A DNA stretch of 64,000 nt from Bacteroidaceae bacterium (lineage in GTDB: Bacteria > Bacteroidota > Bacteroidia > Bacteroidales > Bacteroidaceae): the NCBI GenBank assembly GCA_017940605.1, contig JAGAYF010000060.1, forward strand, positions 332 to 64,331, read 5' to 3'. The notes beneath the pieces were generated by a model. It made no database searches. It worked only from the letters and a program-made list of their open reading frames with translations, and was not told the origin of the DNA. A program made the position numbers and the translations under genes. Below are positions 9,720-17,901 of the stretch, piece after piece. Positions within the stretch are counted from its first letter, which is position 1, and the number at the start of each line of letters is the position of its first letter.

Positions 9720-10025
9720 ATGAAAAAGGAATTGACCCTTCAGCCCGGCTGCTATGCAGCCCCCACCGCCGCCGTGCGCATGGCCGGCCACCTTAGGCTT
9801 ATGCTTTCCCGTCTTGTCCTGCGCAGCCGTTGGCTGGCAGCGGCATCACGGCTCTTCTCGCGCGTCATGGACCAGCCCATCGGGCCCAGCGATACGTTGC
9901 GCATCCTGCATGTCCAGCTGGCGGCCGCCTGCCTCCTCCTGCCCTGCGCCATGGCGGCCCTGCTGCGCCTGCTTTTCCTGGCCTGGCTGGCCCTGGCCCT
10001 GTGGCAGTGCAGGCACATGAAGTGA
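9720..10025 (+). CDS. Hypothetical small membrane protein (101 aa)
   Basis: Only sense-strand ORF filling the 445-bp gap between the WYL gene and xpt. GC3-rich codons (CTG/GCC/CGC) like neighbouring real genes. Hydrophobic C-terminus LAAACLLLPCAMAALLRLLFLAWLALALW. No recognisable motif, and the Ala/Leu/Arg-rich composition could also be a GC artefact. Confidence 0.35.
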   Translation: MKKELTLQPGCYAAPTAAVRMAGHLRLMLSRLVLRSRWLAAASRLFSRVMDQPIGPSDTLRILHVQLAAACLLLPCAMAALLRLLFLAWLALALWQCRHMK

Positions 10026-10067
10026 AGAAAACGCCCTGCCGCATGTCCCCATTCTTCGGGAAAGTAA

Positions 10068-10075
10068 TAATTTTG
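10068..10075 (+). promoter_or_regulatory. Bacteroidetes -7 promoter box (TAATTTTG) for xpt
   Basis: Exact TAnnTTTG match 31 nt upstream of the xpt ATG. Confidence 0.6.
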
Positions 10076-10105
10076 TGCCTCTAAAGAACCAGACACCCAC
10101 ACCCT

Positions 10106-10678
10106 ATGCAGCAACTCAAGGAACGCATATTGCACGACGGCCGCTGCCTGCCAGGCGGCGTGCTCAAGGTCGACGGCTTCGTCAACCACCAAATGGATGC
10201 ACAGCTCATGCACGACATGGCCGCCGAACTGGTGCGCCGCTTCCATGGCGTGCCCGTCGACAAGGTCTTCACCATCGAGGCCAGCGGCATCGCACCCGCC
10301 ATCATGGTGGGGTGGCTGCTGCAGTGCCCCGTCGTCTTTGCCAAGAAGAAGCGGCCCTCCACCATGCACCAGCCCCCTCTCGAGGCCCGCATCCGCTCCT
10401 TTACCAAGGGGGTCGACACCTCCATCTACGTGAGCCGCGAGTTCCTGCGGCGCGGCGAGCGCATCCTCTTTGTCGACGACTTCCTGGCCAACGGCAGCGC
10501 GGCCCGCGGCATCCTGGACCTCGTGTGCCAGGCCCAGGCCCGTCTCGTGGGCATGGGCTTCATCATTGAGAAGGCCTTTCAGCACGGCGGCGATGCCCTG
10601 CGCCGTGAGGGCATCAGGGTCGAGTCGCTGGCCGTCATTGACAGCCTGGACGACGGCATCATCCGGCTGCGTCCTTGA
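10106..10678 (+). CDS. xpt: Xanthine phosphoribosyltransferase
   Basis: MQQLKERILHDG..GGVLKVDGFVNHQMD..TIEASGIAPA; PRPP loop ILFVDDFLANGSAA. Confidence 0.93.
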   Translation: MQQLKERILHDGRCLPGGVLKVDGFVNHQMDAQLMHDMAAELVRRFHGVPVDKVFTIEASGIAPAIMVGWLLQCPVVFAKKKRPSTMHQPPLEARIRSFTKGVDTSIYVSREFLRRGERILFVDDFLANGSAARGILDLVCQAQARLVGMGFIIEKAFQHGGDALRREGIRVESLAVIDSLDDGIIRLRP

Positions 10679-10777
10679 CGCGCGCCAATAAAAAAGAATG
10701 AATCCCCCTTTTTGTGTTGCTCCCCCATTTCGTGACTTTGGCTTCGCCGAAGTTACTGGCACTCGGAAAAGCTCAAA

Positions 10778-10813
10778 TAAATTTGGCTTTTCTCTCGTTT
10801 TTCCGTAACTTTG
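10778..10813 (+). promoter_or_regulatory. Two tandem -7 promoter boxes (TAAATTTG at 10778, TAACTTTG at 10806) with no adjacent gene
   Basis: Both are exact TAnnTTTG matches. The next sense-strand gene (HU-like) starts about 320 nt downstream. Confidence 0.45.
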
Positions 10814-11136
10814 CGTCACCTATAGAAATGCTATGCCCCTCACCATGTGTCATGCTCCCTATACCATATTATATATAGGCAACGACTCTTCCCCTAACTT
10901 GGGGGAAGAATTAAGTGCTTCAGCGGGCCGCAGGTCGCATTTTGCCCCCCCCATGTAAGTATTTTCGTATCAGCTTGTTACGGTTATGTAACGAGCCGCG
11001 TGCCCGCTCCCGTTCTGAGGAGCGGCCTGCCGTCCGTGCCGTCCCTGTGGGGGCGGCCGCCTGCGTCATGGGGGCATGCATGAAAGTCCTCATTGAATAC
11101 GTCTGTTATCAACCAATCAACCCAATTTTATAAATT

Positions 11137-11568
11137 ATGATTTACTACAAAATTCAGAAGAAAGCCAGTCCCAAGGACGACTCCAAGAAGTACTACCTGC
11201 AGATGAGCAAGGCCAAGCACGTGAGCCTGGAGGAGATTGTCAAGCGCGTGGAAAAGCGTTCCACCGTAAGTCGCGGCGACGTGATGAACGTCCTCGATGC
11301 CCTGCAGTTCGAGGTCATTGAGTGCCTCAGGAACGGCGACACCGTGCGCCTGGGCGACCTGGGCACGTTCTACACCACCATGTCCAGCCAGGGCGTGGCC
11401 ACCGAGGAGGAGGCCAAGAAGAAGAACGTCAACCTCATCAAGAAGCTCAACGTGCGCTACCTGCGCAGCAAGGCCATGTCCGAGGAGGTCACCCCGCAGA
11501 AGATCACCATCCAGCGGCAGCCCGAGCCCAAGGAGACAACGACCGACGCCACAGGCAGCGGTGACTGA
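11137..11568 (+). CDS. HU-family DNA-binding protein (Bacteroidetes-type, with C-terminal extension)
   Basis: 143 aa. HU/IHF-like core EEIVKRVEKRSTVSRGDVMNVLDALQFEVIECLRNGDTVRLGDLGTFY, then a Lys-rich arm and an acidic/Thr-rich tail. Confidence 0.85.
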   Translation: MIYYKIQKKASPKDDSKKYYLQMSKAKHVSLEEIVKRVEKRSTVSRGDVMNVLDALQFEVIECLRNGDTVRLGDLGTFYTTMSSQGVATEEEAKKKNVNLIKKLNVRYLRSKAMSEEVTPQKITIQRQPEPKETTTDATGSGD

Positions 11569-11597
11569 CATGCACCCCTCGGCACGGGGGCGTGAGA

Positions 11598-11861
11598 CTT
11601 ACAGGTGGGTGGCCTCCATGCCCACCCGTAAGTCTCCCCGATACTTACCCGTAAGTGTCCTCCATACCTACCTGTGGTTCTCACGCCGGTCACCCGTAAG
11701 TGTCGCGCCGGTCACCCGTAGGTGTCATGACACCCTGCCGTAAGTCTCATCACACTTACCCGTAAGTGTCCATGAGACTCACCCGTAGGTATCCCCGACA
11801 CTTACCCGTAGGTATGCAGGACATTCACCTGTAAGTCTCACGACACCCTCCCCAGGGTCTC
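11598..11861. repeat. Phased tandem array of 12 palindromic units of 22-23 bp (iteron/operator-like)
   Basis: Core 16-mers start at 11598, 11621, 11644, 11667, 11689, 11711, 11733, 11755, 11778, 11801, 11824 and 11846. Consensus is CT(T/C)ACCCGTA(A/G)GT(G/C)TC. With the linker, each unit approximates the dyad GACACTTAC-CC-GTAAGTGTC. Confidence 0.9.
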
Positions 11862-11927
11862 GCCCCCGCCTGCCGCAAGGTGCACGAAACCAGAATGCAA
11901 ACCTCATGCAACACAACGTTTAACTCT

Positions 11928-13454
11928 ATGAAACATAAGAATACCAAAGAACCCCGACTTCGGCTCTGCCTGTTAGTGGCTTGCCTGATGATGCTGGGCG
12001 GCACGGCCGGCCTGCGGGCGCAGAGCTACTCCCTCTATGTGGGCGACGAAGTCATGGTGTACAACCCCACGCCGCCCCAGGGCAGCATTGATGCCTGTAC
12101 GTGGACGAGCAACACGGCCGGATGCTCCACCACCCAGCGCGCCAATGGATGCATCATCAGCGTGGATGCCTACTTCTCGGGCGTGGCCACGGTGGAGTGC
12201 TACTACAACTACTCCTACTATTCCTCGGCCGCGAAATCCTATGTGGTCAGCCATGGTTCGGCCTACTACTACGTTTCGGCCAAGCCCATCACCATGAAGC
12301 TCAATGCCAAGGAAATTACCCTGCACCCCACGCAGGGCTACGAACTGACCTGCACGTTCAGCCCAGAGCCCAAGTTCTCGCTTGACCCATTCGTCGAGTG
12401 GTCGTCCACCGACGAGAGCGTGGCCACGGTGACCCAGAGTGGCTATGTCAGGGCCAAGAAAGGGGGCAAGTGTACCATCATTGCCGACGGCCACACGGGC
12501 AATGCGCCCCAGCAGTGCACCGTCACCGTGACCGAAGTGCCGCCCACGGGCGTGAGCCTGTCGGGCGATGTCACGCTTAATGTGGGTGAGAGCAAGTCGA
12601 TCACGGCCAAGGTTACCCCTACCTATGCCACCACCTCCCTCACGTGGTCCAGCAGCCGTCCGGCGGTGGCCACGGTGAGCAGCACGGGCCAGGTGAAGGC
12701 CGTGGCCTCGGGTACGGCCGTCATTACCGTGCGCACCGGCAACGGCCTGTCGGCCACCAGCCAGGTGACCGTGCGCCCCGAGCCCACGCGCATCAACGTG
12801 TCGCCTTCGACGCTGCGGCTCAAGATGGGCGAGAGCGCCACGCTCAGCCATTCGCTCTATCCCACCAATGCCGGCACGACGTCCCTCACGTGGTCCACGT
12901 CCGACGGGATCGTGGCCACGGTGACCGACCAGGGCGTGGTGAAAGCCGTGGCATCCGGTACGGCCGACATCAGCATAACGGCGGCCAACGGTGTCAGCGG
13001 TAAGTGCCGCGTCACCGTGCCCACGCCGCAGTATGTCTTCCTGGTGTGGATGAAGAACGGCGAAAAGCTGGTCTACTCCACCAACGACAAGCCCCGCGTG
13101 CAGATGGGGGCGCAGACCGTGACCGTCAGTTCCTCGCGCGGTGCGCTGGAGTATGCCGGTGAGCAAGTGCTGAAGTTCACCATGCAGGATGCCGACCTGC
13201 CCATTCCCGACGGCATCCGCCCCGTCCAGGCCGCCGGCCCCGCCGTGCCGCACATGGACTACGGCGGCGACCGTGTGGACCTGTCGGGTTGCCGCGCAGG
13301 CGGCCCAGTGGCCGTCTATGACCTGCAGGGCCACCTGCTCATGCGCCGCACGGCCGATGCCGAGGGCCGTCTCTCCCTGTCCCTGTCGGAACTGAACAGG
13401 GGCATCTATCTCATCAAGACAGAAAACAATACCTATAAAATACACAAGAAATGA
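11928..13454 (+). CDS. Big_2 (bacterial Ig-like) repeat protein with T9SS C-terminal sorting domain
   Basis: Signal peptide LRLCLLVACLMMLGGTAGLRAQ. Three Big_2-like repeats (..WSSTDESVATVTQSGYVRAKKGGKCTI; WSSSRPAVATVSSTGQVKAVASGTAVITV; WSTSDGIVATVTDQGVVKAVASGTADISI). C-terminus VAVYDLQGHLL..LSELNRGIYLIKTENNTYKI is typical of T9SS CTDs. ATG at 11928 preferred over GTG at 11880. Confidence 0.85.
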   Translation: MKHKNTKEPRLRLCLLVACLMMLGGTAGLRAQSYSLYVGDEVMVYNPTPPQGSIDACTWTSNTAGCSTTQRANGCIISVDAYFSGVATVECYYNYSYYSSAAKSYVVSHGSAYYYVSAKPITMKLNAKEITLHPTQGYELTCTFSPEPKFSLDPFVEWSSTDESVATVTQSGYVRAKKGGKCTIIADGHTGNAPQQCTVTVTEVPPTGVSLSGDVTLNVGESKSITAKVTPTYATTSLTWSSSRPAVATVSSTGQVKAVASGTAVITVRTGNGLSATSQVTVRPEPTRINVSPSTLRLKMGESATLSHSLYPTNAGTTSLTWSTSDGIVATVTDQGVVKAVASGTADISITAANGVSGKCRVTVPTPQYVFLVWMKNGEKLVYSTNDKPRVQMGAQTVTVSSSRGALEYAGEQVLKFTMQDADLPIPDGIRPVQAAGPAVPHMDYGGDRVDLSGCRAGGPVAVYDLQGHLLMRRTADAEGRLSLSLSELNRGIYLIKTENNTYKIHKK

Positions 13455-14320
13455 AAGCAATGAACAAGAGAATACATGCAACAATCATACGCCCCCTGCT
13501 CACGCTGTGCCTTGCCCTGACGGCCTGGACGCAGGCTGGGGCGCAGGGCGTGGTCATCTACAAGACCAACGGCGAGACAACCATCCTGCAGGCCAGTGAC
13601 ATCAAGGAAATCGTACCCTTTGGCTACGGCGAGAAGCCCTGGACCGAGGTAACGGGCGGCAAGGTGTACACCGTCAATGGCGTCAAGTTCACCATGGTAG
13701 AAGTGGAGGGTGGCTCATGTACATATACTAGTAGGCATATTTATCGATTAGAGAAATTCAGTATAGGCCAAACTGAGGTGACGCAGGCCCTATGGGAAGC
13801 CGTGATGGGATCAAACCCCAGTTACAGTAAGGGAATGATAGGCCCTAATTTCCCTGTTAACAATGTGAGCTGGCATGACTGCCAGACCTTTATTGTTAAG
13901 CTCAATCAATTAACGGGACTAGAGTTTCGGTTACCTAATCAGTTTGAGTGGTATTATGCGGCTTTTGGGGGAAATAATGGAAAAAAATATAAGTTTAGTG
14001 GTTCTGACGATGCCGGTGAGGTGGCATGGTACAGTGCTAATTCTGATTGGCATGTACATGAGGTAGCCACAAAGAGTCCTAATGAGTTAGGAATTTACGA
14101 TATGAGTGGCAATGTGGAAGAATGGTGCTATAATTGGTACGGTTCGCTGCCTTCTAGTGGTGCTATTGGCACCAGTTATCAAGGTCCTGCAAACAAAACT
14201 GAACGGGCATATAAAGGTGGTGGCTATACTTCTTCTGAATCAGAACTGAACAATGGTTGGGGTTTTAGTTATGCCCCCTCCTCAAAATATTCGTATTTAG
14301 GCCTTCGTCTTGCTCTATAG
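13451..14320 (+). CDS. Secreted FGE-sulfatase (SUMF1/GldJ/GldK-like) domain protein
   Basis: Signal peptide. FGE-fold motifs FSIGQTEVTQALWEAVMG, PVNNVSWHDCQTF, RLPNQFEWYYAA, NELGIYDMSGNVEEW, AYKGGGY. Start overlaps the upstream stop (ATGA at 13451-13454). Confidence 0.85.
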   Translation: MKAMNKRIHATIIRPLLTLCLALTAWTQAGAQGVVIYKTNGETTILQASDIKEIVPFGYGEKPWTEVTGGKVYTVNGVKFTMVEVEGGSCTYTSRHIYRLEKFSIGQTEVTQALWEAVMGSNPSYSKGMIGPNFPVNNVSWHDCQTFIVKLNQLTGLEFRLPNQFEWYYAAFGGNNGKKYKFSGSDDAGEVAWYSANSDWHVHEVATKSPNELGIYDMSGNVEEWCYNWYGSLPSSGAIGTSYQGPANKTERAYKGGGYTSSESELNNGWGFSYAPSSKYSYLGLRLAL

Positions 14321-14352
14321 AGAGCCAAGCGATAGCTGAAGTGTGATTGTTT

Positions 14353-14383
14353 TGTCGGCATCCCTGTCATAGGGATGCCGACA
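14353..14383 (+). terminator. Perfect 13-bp stem hairpin after the FGE-domain gene
   Basis: TGTCGGCATCCCT-gtcat-AGGGATGCCGACA. No clear T-run. Confidence 0.5.
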
Positions 14384-14451
14384 GGCGTATGTAGGGCAGG
14401 GATGTAAGGCACAAAAACAGGGAAAATGTTGAATGTTTCGCAGATTCTCAG

Positions 14452-14459
14452 TAAATTTG
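14452..14459 (+). promoter_or_regulatory. Bacteroidetes -7 promoter box (TAAATTTG)
   Basis: Exact TAnnTTTG match 38 nt upstream of the ATG at 14497. Confidence 0.6.
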
Positions 14460-14496
14460 CAACGCAAAGAATACACGCACAATAACGTACATAAAT

Positions 14497-15090
14497 ATGA
14501 TGACAAACAAGAAGAATACACAGACCGGCGCGCCGTCTGCCCCCAGGAGGGGTAGGCGTGACGTGGGCACGTGGCTGGTGCGCAACGCTCTGCTGCTCGT
14601 GGTGGCCGGCTTCCTCCTGTCGAAGGTGACGCGGCTCAACATGTCGTACAGCTGGTTGTGGAACAATTACCTGAAAGGCAACGTGGAGATGATAAGGCAG
14701 TACCCCAACCTGACCTATGACGAGAAGATGGGGATGAAGCTCGGGGCTGACTACCAGTACCTGCTGTGGCTGCGCGACAACACGCCCCAGGATGCCGTTG
14801 TGTACTACCCCTCGGCAGGCGACTTCAGGGCCGGCCATCCTGCGGTGCAGCAGAACCCATTCAACGGCAAGCTGAACGACAAGCTGACGGCCGTGAGGGT
14901 GCTCTATCCGCGCCGTGTGGTCACCGAGGACGAGTGGGGCAAGACCTCATGGACGGCCAAGGTGACCCACGTGGGCGTAGTGAACGGCCGCAACAAGGAC
15001 AAAGTGCCCTACCCAGTGCCTGACAACTTCGTCATCGGTGCGCTGCCCATGCAGCAGCCCGTGCAACCCGCTAAAACCCAAGAACCATGA
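14497..15090 (+). CDS. Hypothetical single-pass membrane protein
   Basis: 197 aa. Basic N-terminus, one TM segment (LVRNALLLVVAGFLLSKV), then a soluble domain of about 150 aa. Stop overlaps the next start (ATGA at 15087-15090). Confidence 0.7.
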   Translation: MMTNKKNTQTGAPSAPRRGRRDVGTWLVRNALLLVVAGFLLSKVTRLNMSYSWLWNNYLKGNVEMIRQYPNLTYDEKMGMKLGADYQYLLWLRDNTPQDAVVYYPSAGDFRAGHPAVQQNPFNGKLNDKLTAVRVLYPRRVVTEDEWGKTSWTAKVTHVGVVNGRNKDKVPYPVPDNFVIGALPMQQPVQPAKTQEP

Positions 15091-16463
15091 TGCACATAGC
15101 CCTTTTGCTGCTTTTTGTGGGCGGTTTCCTGCTCATAACGCGCATATCGCCCCGTTTCTCCCTGACCGAAAGGATAGGCTTTGCCTTTCCCGTGGGGCTG
15201 GGAGCGGTGACTTTCCTCATGATGTTGCAGGACTGGATGGGCATAGGGCTCACGCGCCAGTCATGCCTGGTGCTGACCCTGCTCGTGGCCGTCATGGGCG
15301 CGGCGTTGCTCGTGCCTCGGCGCAGGGAGGTGCTTGAGGGACTGACTCCGCGCATGGATTTCTCGTGGTTCAACCTGCTGTGGCTCTTGCTGCTGGTCGT
15401 ATTGGTCTATGTGGAGTACGGAAACTGGTTGAAGTGCATGTACTTCCCCGTCTACGACCGCGACAGCATGGCGGGGTTTGACACCATTGGCTACATTGCG
15501 GCACAGGAGCATACCTACCGTGGGATGAGCATCTTTGGCGGCGACTACATGCCCAAGCTGCACCAGGCAGGAAGCTGCATCTCCTACCTGCCCATGCTGC
15601 AGCTGGCCTATGCCTACGTCTATGCCTTTGGCGCAGATACGTCCAAGGTGATTCCGGGCCTGTTCTACCTGTCGTTCATCGTGGGTTTCTACGGATTGTG
15701 CTGCCGGGCCACGAACCGCACGGCAGCCATGCTGGCCACGCTGGCCACGGTCTTCACTCCCGAGATGCTGAGCTTCTCATCGCTGTCCATCACCAATGTG
15801 GTGCAGGCCGCCATGGCCTCCACGGGATTGCTGTACGTGGCACTGTGGTTTCAGAAAGGCGAGAGGCGCGACCTCATCCTGGGCGCGGTGCTCATTGCCG
15901 TCAATAACTGGCTGCGTGCCGAGGGAATCATCTTCGGCGGTGTGGCAGGCCTGCTGGTACTGGTGCAGTGCTGCCGCCGCAAGGCTTCCTGGTGGGCATT
16001 GGCTGCCCCTGTGGCCACGTTGCTGCCTACGGTGGTGTTCTCGGCCTATGCTGCGGCCAACCAGCTTACGTCAGAAAGCGCGGTGATAGCGCGCCTGTAC
16101 TGGGACGGTGAGAAGGCGGCCCAGATATGGGGCGGAGCGTGGTCCTTGCTCAGGAACATGCAGTACTACGGCTGGACATGGCTGGCCGTTCTCCTGGCTT
16201 TTGCAGCCAACATCTACTACACGGTGCGCCGCCGCGACAATGTGAGCGTTCTGGCGGCCCTGGTGCTGAGCATCGCGCTCTACTACGTGGTCCTGTACCA
16301 TGTCGACTACAAGTGGGACTCCATTGGCAACGTGCTGGCCTATTCAGCCAAGCGCTACATGTTCTGCTACGTGCCCATTGCCTGGTATTACGTGTGCACG
16401 TGCCGCATTGTGCAGAGGGGCATGGGGTGGATTGAAGATACCTGTGGATTAAGAACAAAATAA
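15087..16463 (+). CDS. Polytopic membrane protein, possibly a GT-C fold (ArnT/PMT-like) glycosyltransferase
   Basis: 458 aa with about 11-12 hydrophobic segments. Acidic motif in the first long loop (FPVYDRDSMAGFD). The function is an inference from topology only. Confidence 0.7.
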   Translation: MMHIALLLLFVGGFLLITRISPRFSLTERIGFAFPVGLGAVTFLMMLQDWMGIGLTRQSCLVLTLLVAVMGAALLVPRRREVLEGLTPRMDFSWFNLLWLLLLVVLVYVEYGNWLKCMYFPVYDRDSMAGFDTIGYIAAQEHTYRGMSIFGGDYMPKLHQAGSCISYLPMLQLAYAYVYAFGADTSKVIPGLFYLSFIVGFYGLCCRATNRTAAMLATLATVFTPEMLSFSSLSITNVVQAAMASTGLLYVALWFQKGERRDLILGAVLIAVNNWLRAEGIIFGGVAGLLVLVQCCRRKASWWALAAPVATLLPTVVFSAYAAANQLTSESAVIARLYWDGEKAAQIWGGAWSLLRNMQYYGWTWLAVLLAFAANIYYTVRRRDNVSVLAALVLSIALYYVVLYHVDYKWDSIGNVLAYSAKRYMFCYVPIAWYYVCTCRIVQRGMGWIEDTCGLRTK

Positions 16464-16464
16464 T

Positions 16465-17901
16465 ATGCATATGATGAAAAAATGGTTTGTGCTATTACTT
16501 ACCCTGCCCTTGCTTCAGTTGCAGGCCAGGGTCTATCTGGGTGCTCCCTTCAATGATGGGATGGTCTTGCAGCAGGAAAGCAAGGTTCTCCTGTGGGGAA
16601 AGGCAGCACCGGGGGCTTCTGTGACGATTACCCCCTCGTGGAACTACAAGAACACCGTTGTTCAGGCCAATGCCGACGGTCGCTGGACGGCGCGCCTGCA
16701 GACACCCAAGGGCGGATTCACGCCCTATGCCATTACGTTCAATGACGGCGAATCGCCGCTGGTGGTGCGCGATGTGCTGGTGGGCGAAGTGTGGGTGGCC
16801 ACGGGCCAGAGTAACATGGAGATGCCGCTCCAGGGATGGAAGGACACCCCCATTGACAATTCGGCCGCAGCCATCCAGCAGTCCATCGGCTACAAGGGCA
16901 AGCTGCACTTTACCTACACGCCCCAGGCCCTCTATGCCAAAGAGCCGCAGGACTCCATGCCGGCCCAGTGGCACGACTGTACGCCTGAGACGGCTAAGGA
17001 TTTTTCGGCTACGGCCTACTATTTTGCCACGACCCTCATCAATGCGCTGCAAGTGCCTGTGGGCATCATCAACTGTCACCGCGGCGGCTCCAACGTCGAG
17101 GCATGGATGCCGCGCGAGCTCCTGGCCAACTACAGCGACGTGGACCTGAGCGACAAGGCCTATGAAAAGATGAACGAACACACGCCTGCGGGACTCTACA
17201 ACGCCAAGGTGTGTCCCCTCAAGGGATATACCATTGCCGGTTTCATTTGGTATCAGGGCGAATCCAACGTAGGCTATGCCAATCAGGATTATGCCAACCG
17301 CTTGGCCACGATGGTGAGCCGCTGGCGGCGCGACTGGAAACAGGGCAACCTGCCATTCTACTTCGTAGAGATTGCTCCCTTTGAATACGGCGACTCGGCG
17401 CAGGTCCGTGCCGCTTTCCTGCGCGAGCAGCAAGTGTTGGCATCTCACCGCATCCCCAACAGTGGAATGGTCTGCACCAACCAACTGGTGAAGCCGCAGG
17501 AAGACAAGCAGATTCACCCGTCAAACAAACAGCCTATTGGGGTTGGACTGGCCAACTGGGCACTGGCCAAGACCTACAAGAAGGAAAACATCAATTATGC
17601 CAGCCCTGAATTTAAGAGTATGAAGATAAAGAACGGACGTGCCTACATTTCCTTTACCCATGCCAAGAACGGTTTCAACCTGCACGACGGATTCAAGGGC
17701 TTTGAGGTGTGCGGGGCGGACCGCAAGTTCGTGCCGGCCAAGGCCATCGTTAAGAACGGCCAGATCGTGGTGAGCAGTCCCGATGTGGCCGAGCCTGTGG
17801 CCGTGCGCTATTGCTTCAGGAATTTCCAGATAGGCAACTTGGCCAACAATGTCAAGATGCCGGTCATTCCTTTCCGTACAGACAATTTTGAATACCAATG
17901 A
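16465..17901 (+). CDS. Sialate O-acetylesterase family (SGNH-type) carbohydrate esterase
   Basis: Signal peptide. Family blocks FNDGMVLQQ, LVGEVWVATGQSNMEMPL, GFIWYQGESN, VRYCF. Starts 1 nt after the upstream stop. Confidence 0.85.
   Translation: MHMMKKWFVLLLTLPLLQLQARVYLGAPFNDGMVLQQESKVLLWGKAAPGASVTITPSWNYKNTVVQANADGRWTARLQTPKGGFTPYAITFNDGESPLVVRDVLVGEVWVATGQSNMEMPLQGWKDTPIDNSAAAIQQSIGYKGKLHFTYTPQALYAKEPQDSMPAQWHDCTPETAKDFSATAYYFATTLINALQVPVGIINCHRGGSNVEAWMPRELLANYSDVDLSDKAYEKMNEHTPAGLYNAKVCPLKGYTIAGFIWYQGESNVGYANQDYANRLATMVSRWRRDWKQGNLPFYFVEIAPFEYGDSAQVRAAFLREQQVLASHRIPNSGMVCTNQLVKPQEDKQIHPSNKQPIGVGLANWALAKTYKKENINYASPEFKSMKIKNGRAYISFTHAKNGFNLHDGFKGFEVCGADRKFVPAKAIVKNGQIVVSSPDVAEPVAVRYCFRNFQIGNLANNVKMPVIPFRTDNFEYQ

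Noticed and set aside
10026-10105. A purine riboswitch upstream of xpt.
   Set aside because: - Only about 80 nt separate the preceding ORF from xpt.
- About 30 nt lie between the promoter box and the ATG.
- No three-way-junction-like pairing is visible.
11640-11660. ATACTTACC / GTAAGT resemblance to the eukaryotic U1 snRNA 5' end and the 5' splice-donor consensus.
   Set aside because: It is a coincidental consequence of the palindrome ACTTAC..GTAAGT. The whole context is bacterial.
11598-11861. The tandem array as a CRISPR array or a coding tandem repeat.
   Set aside because: - The units are 16-20 bp with only 2-7 nt between them, so there are no spacers, and I recognised no cas genes.
- The period of 22-23 bp is not a multiple of 3.
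- Every well-preserved unit carries TAA or TAG.
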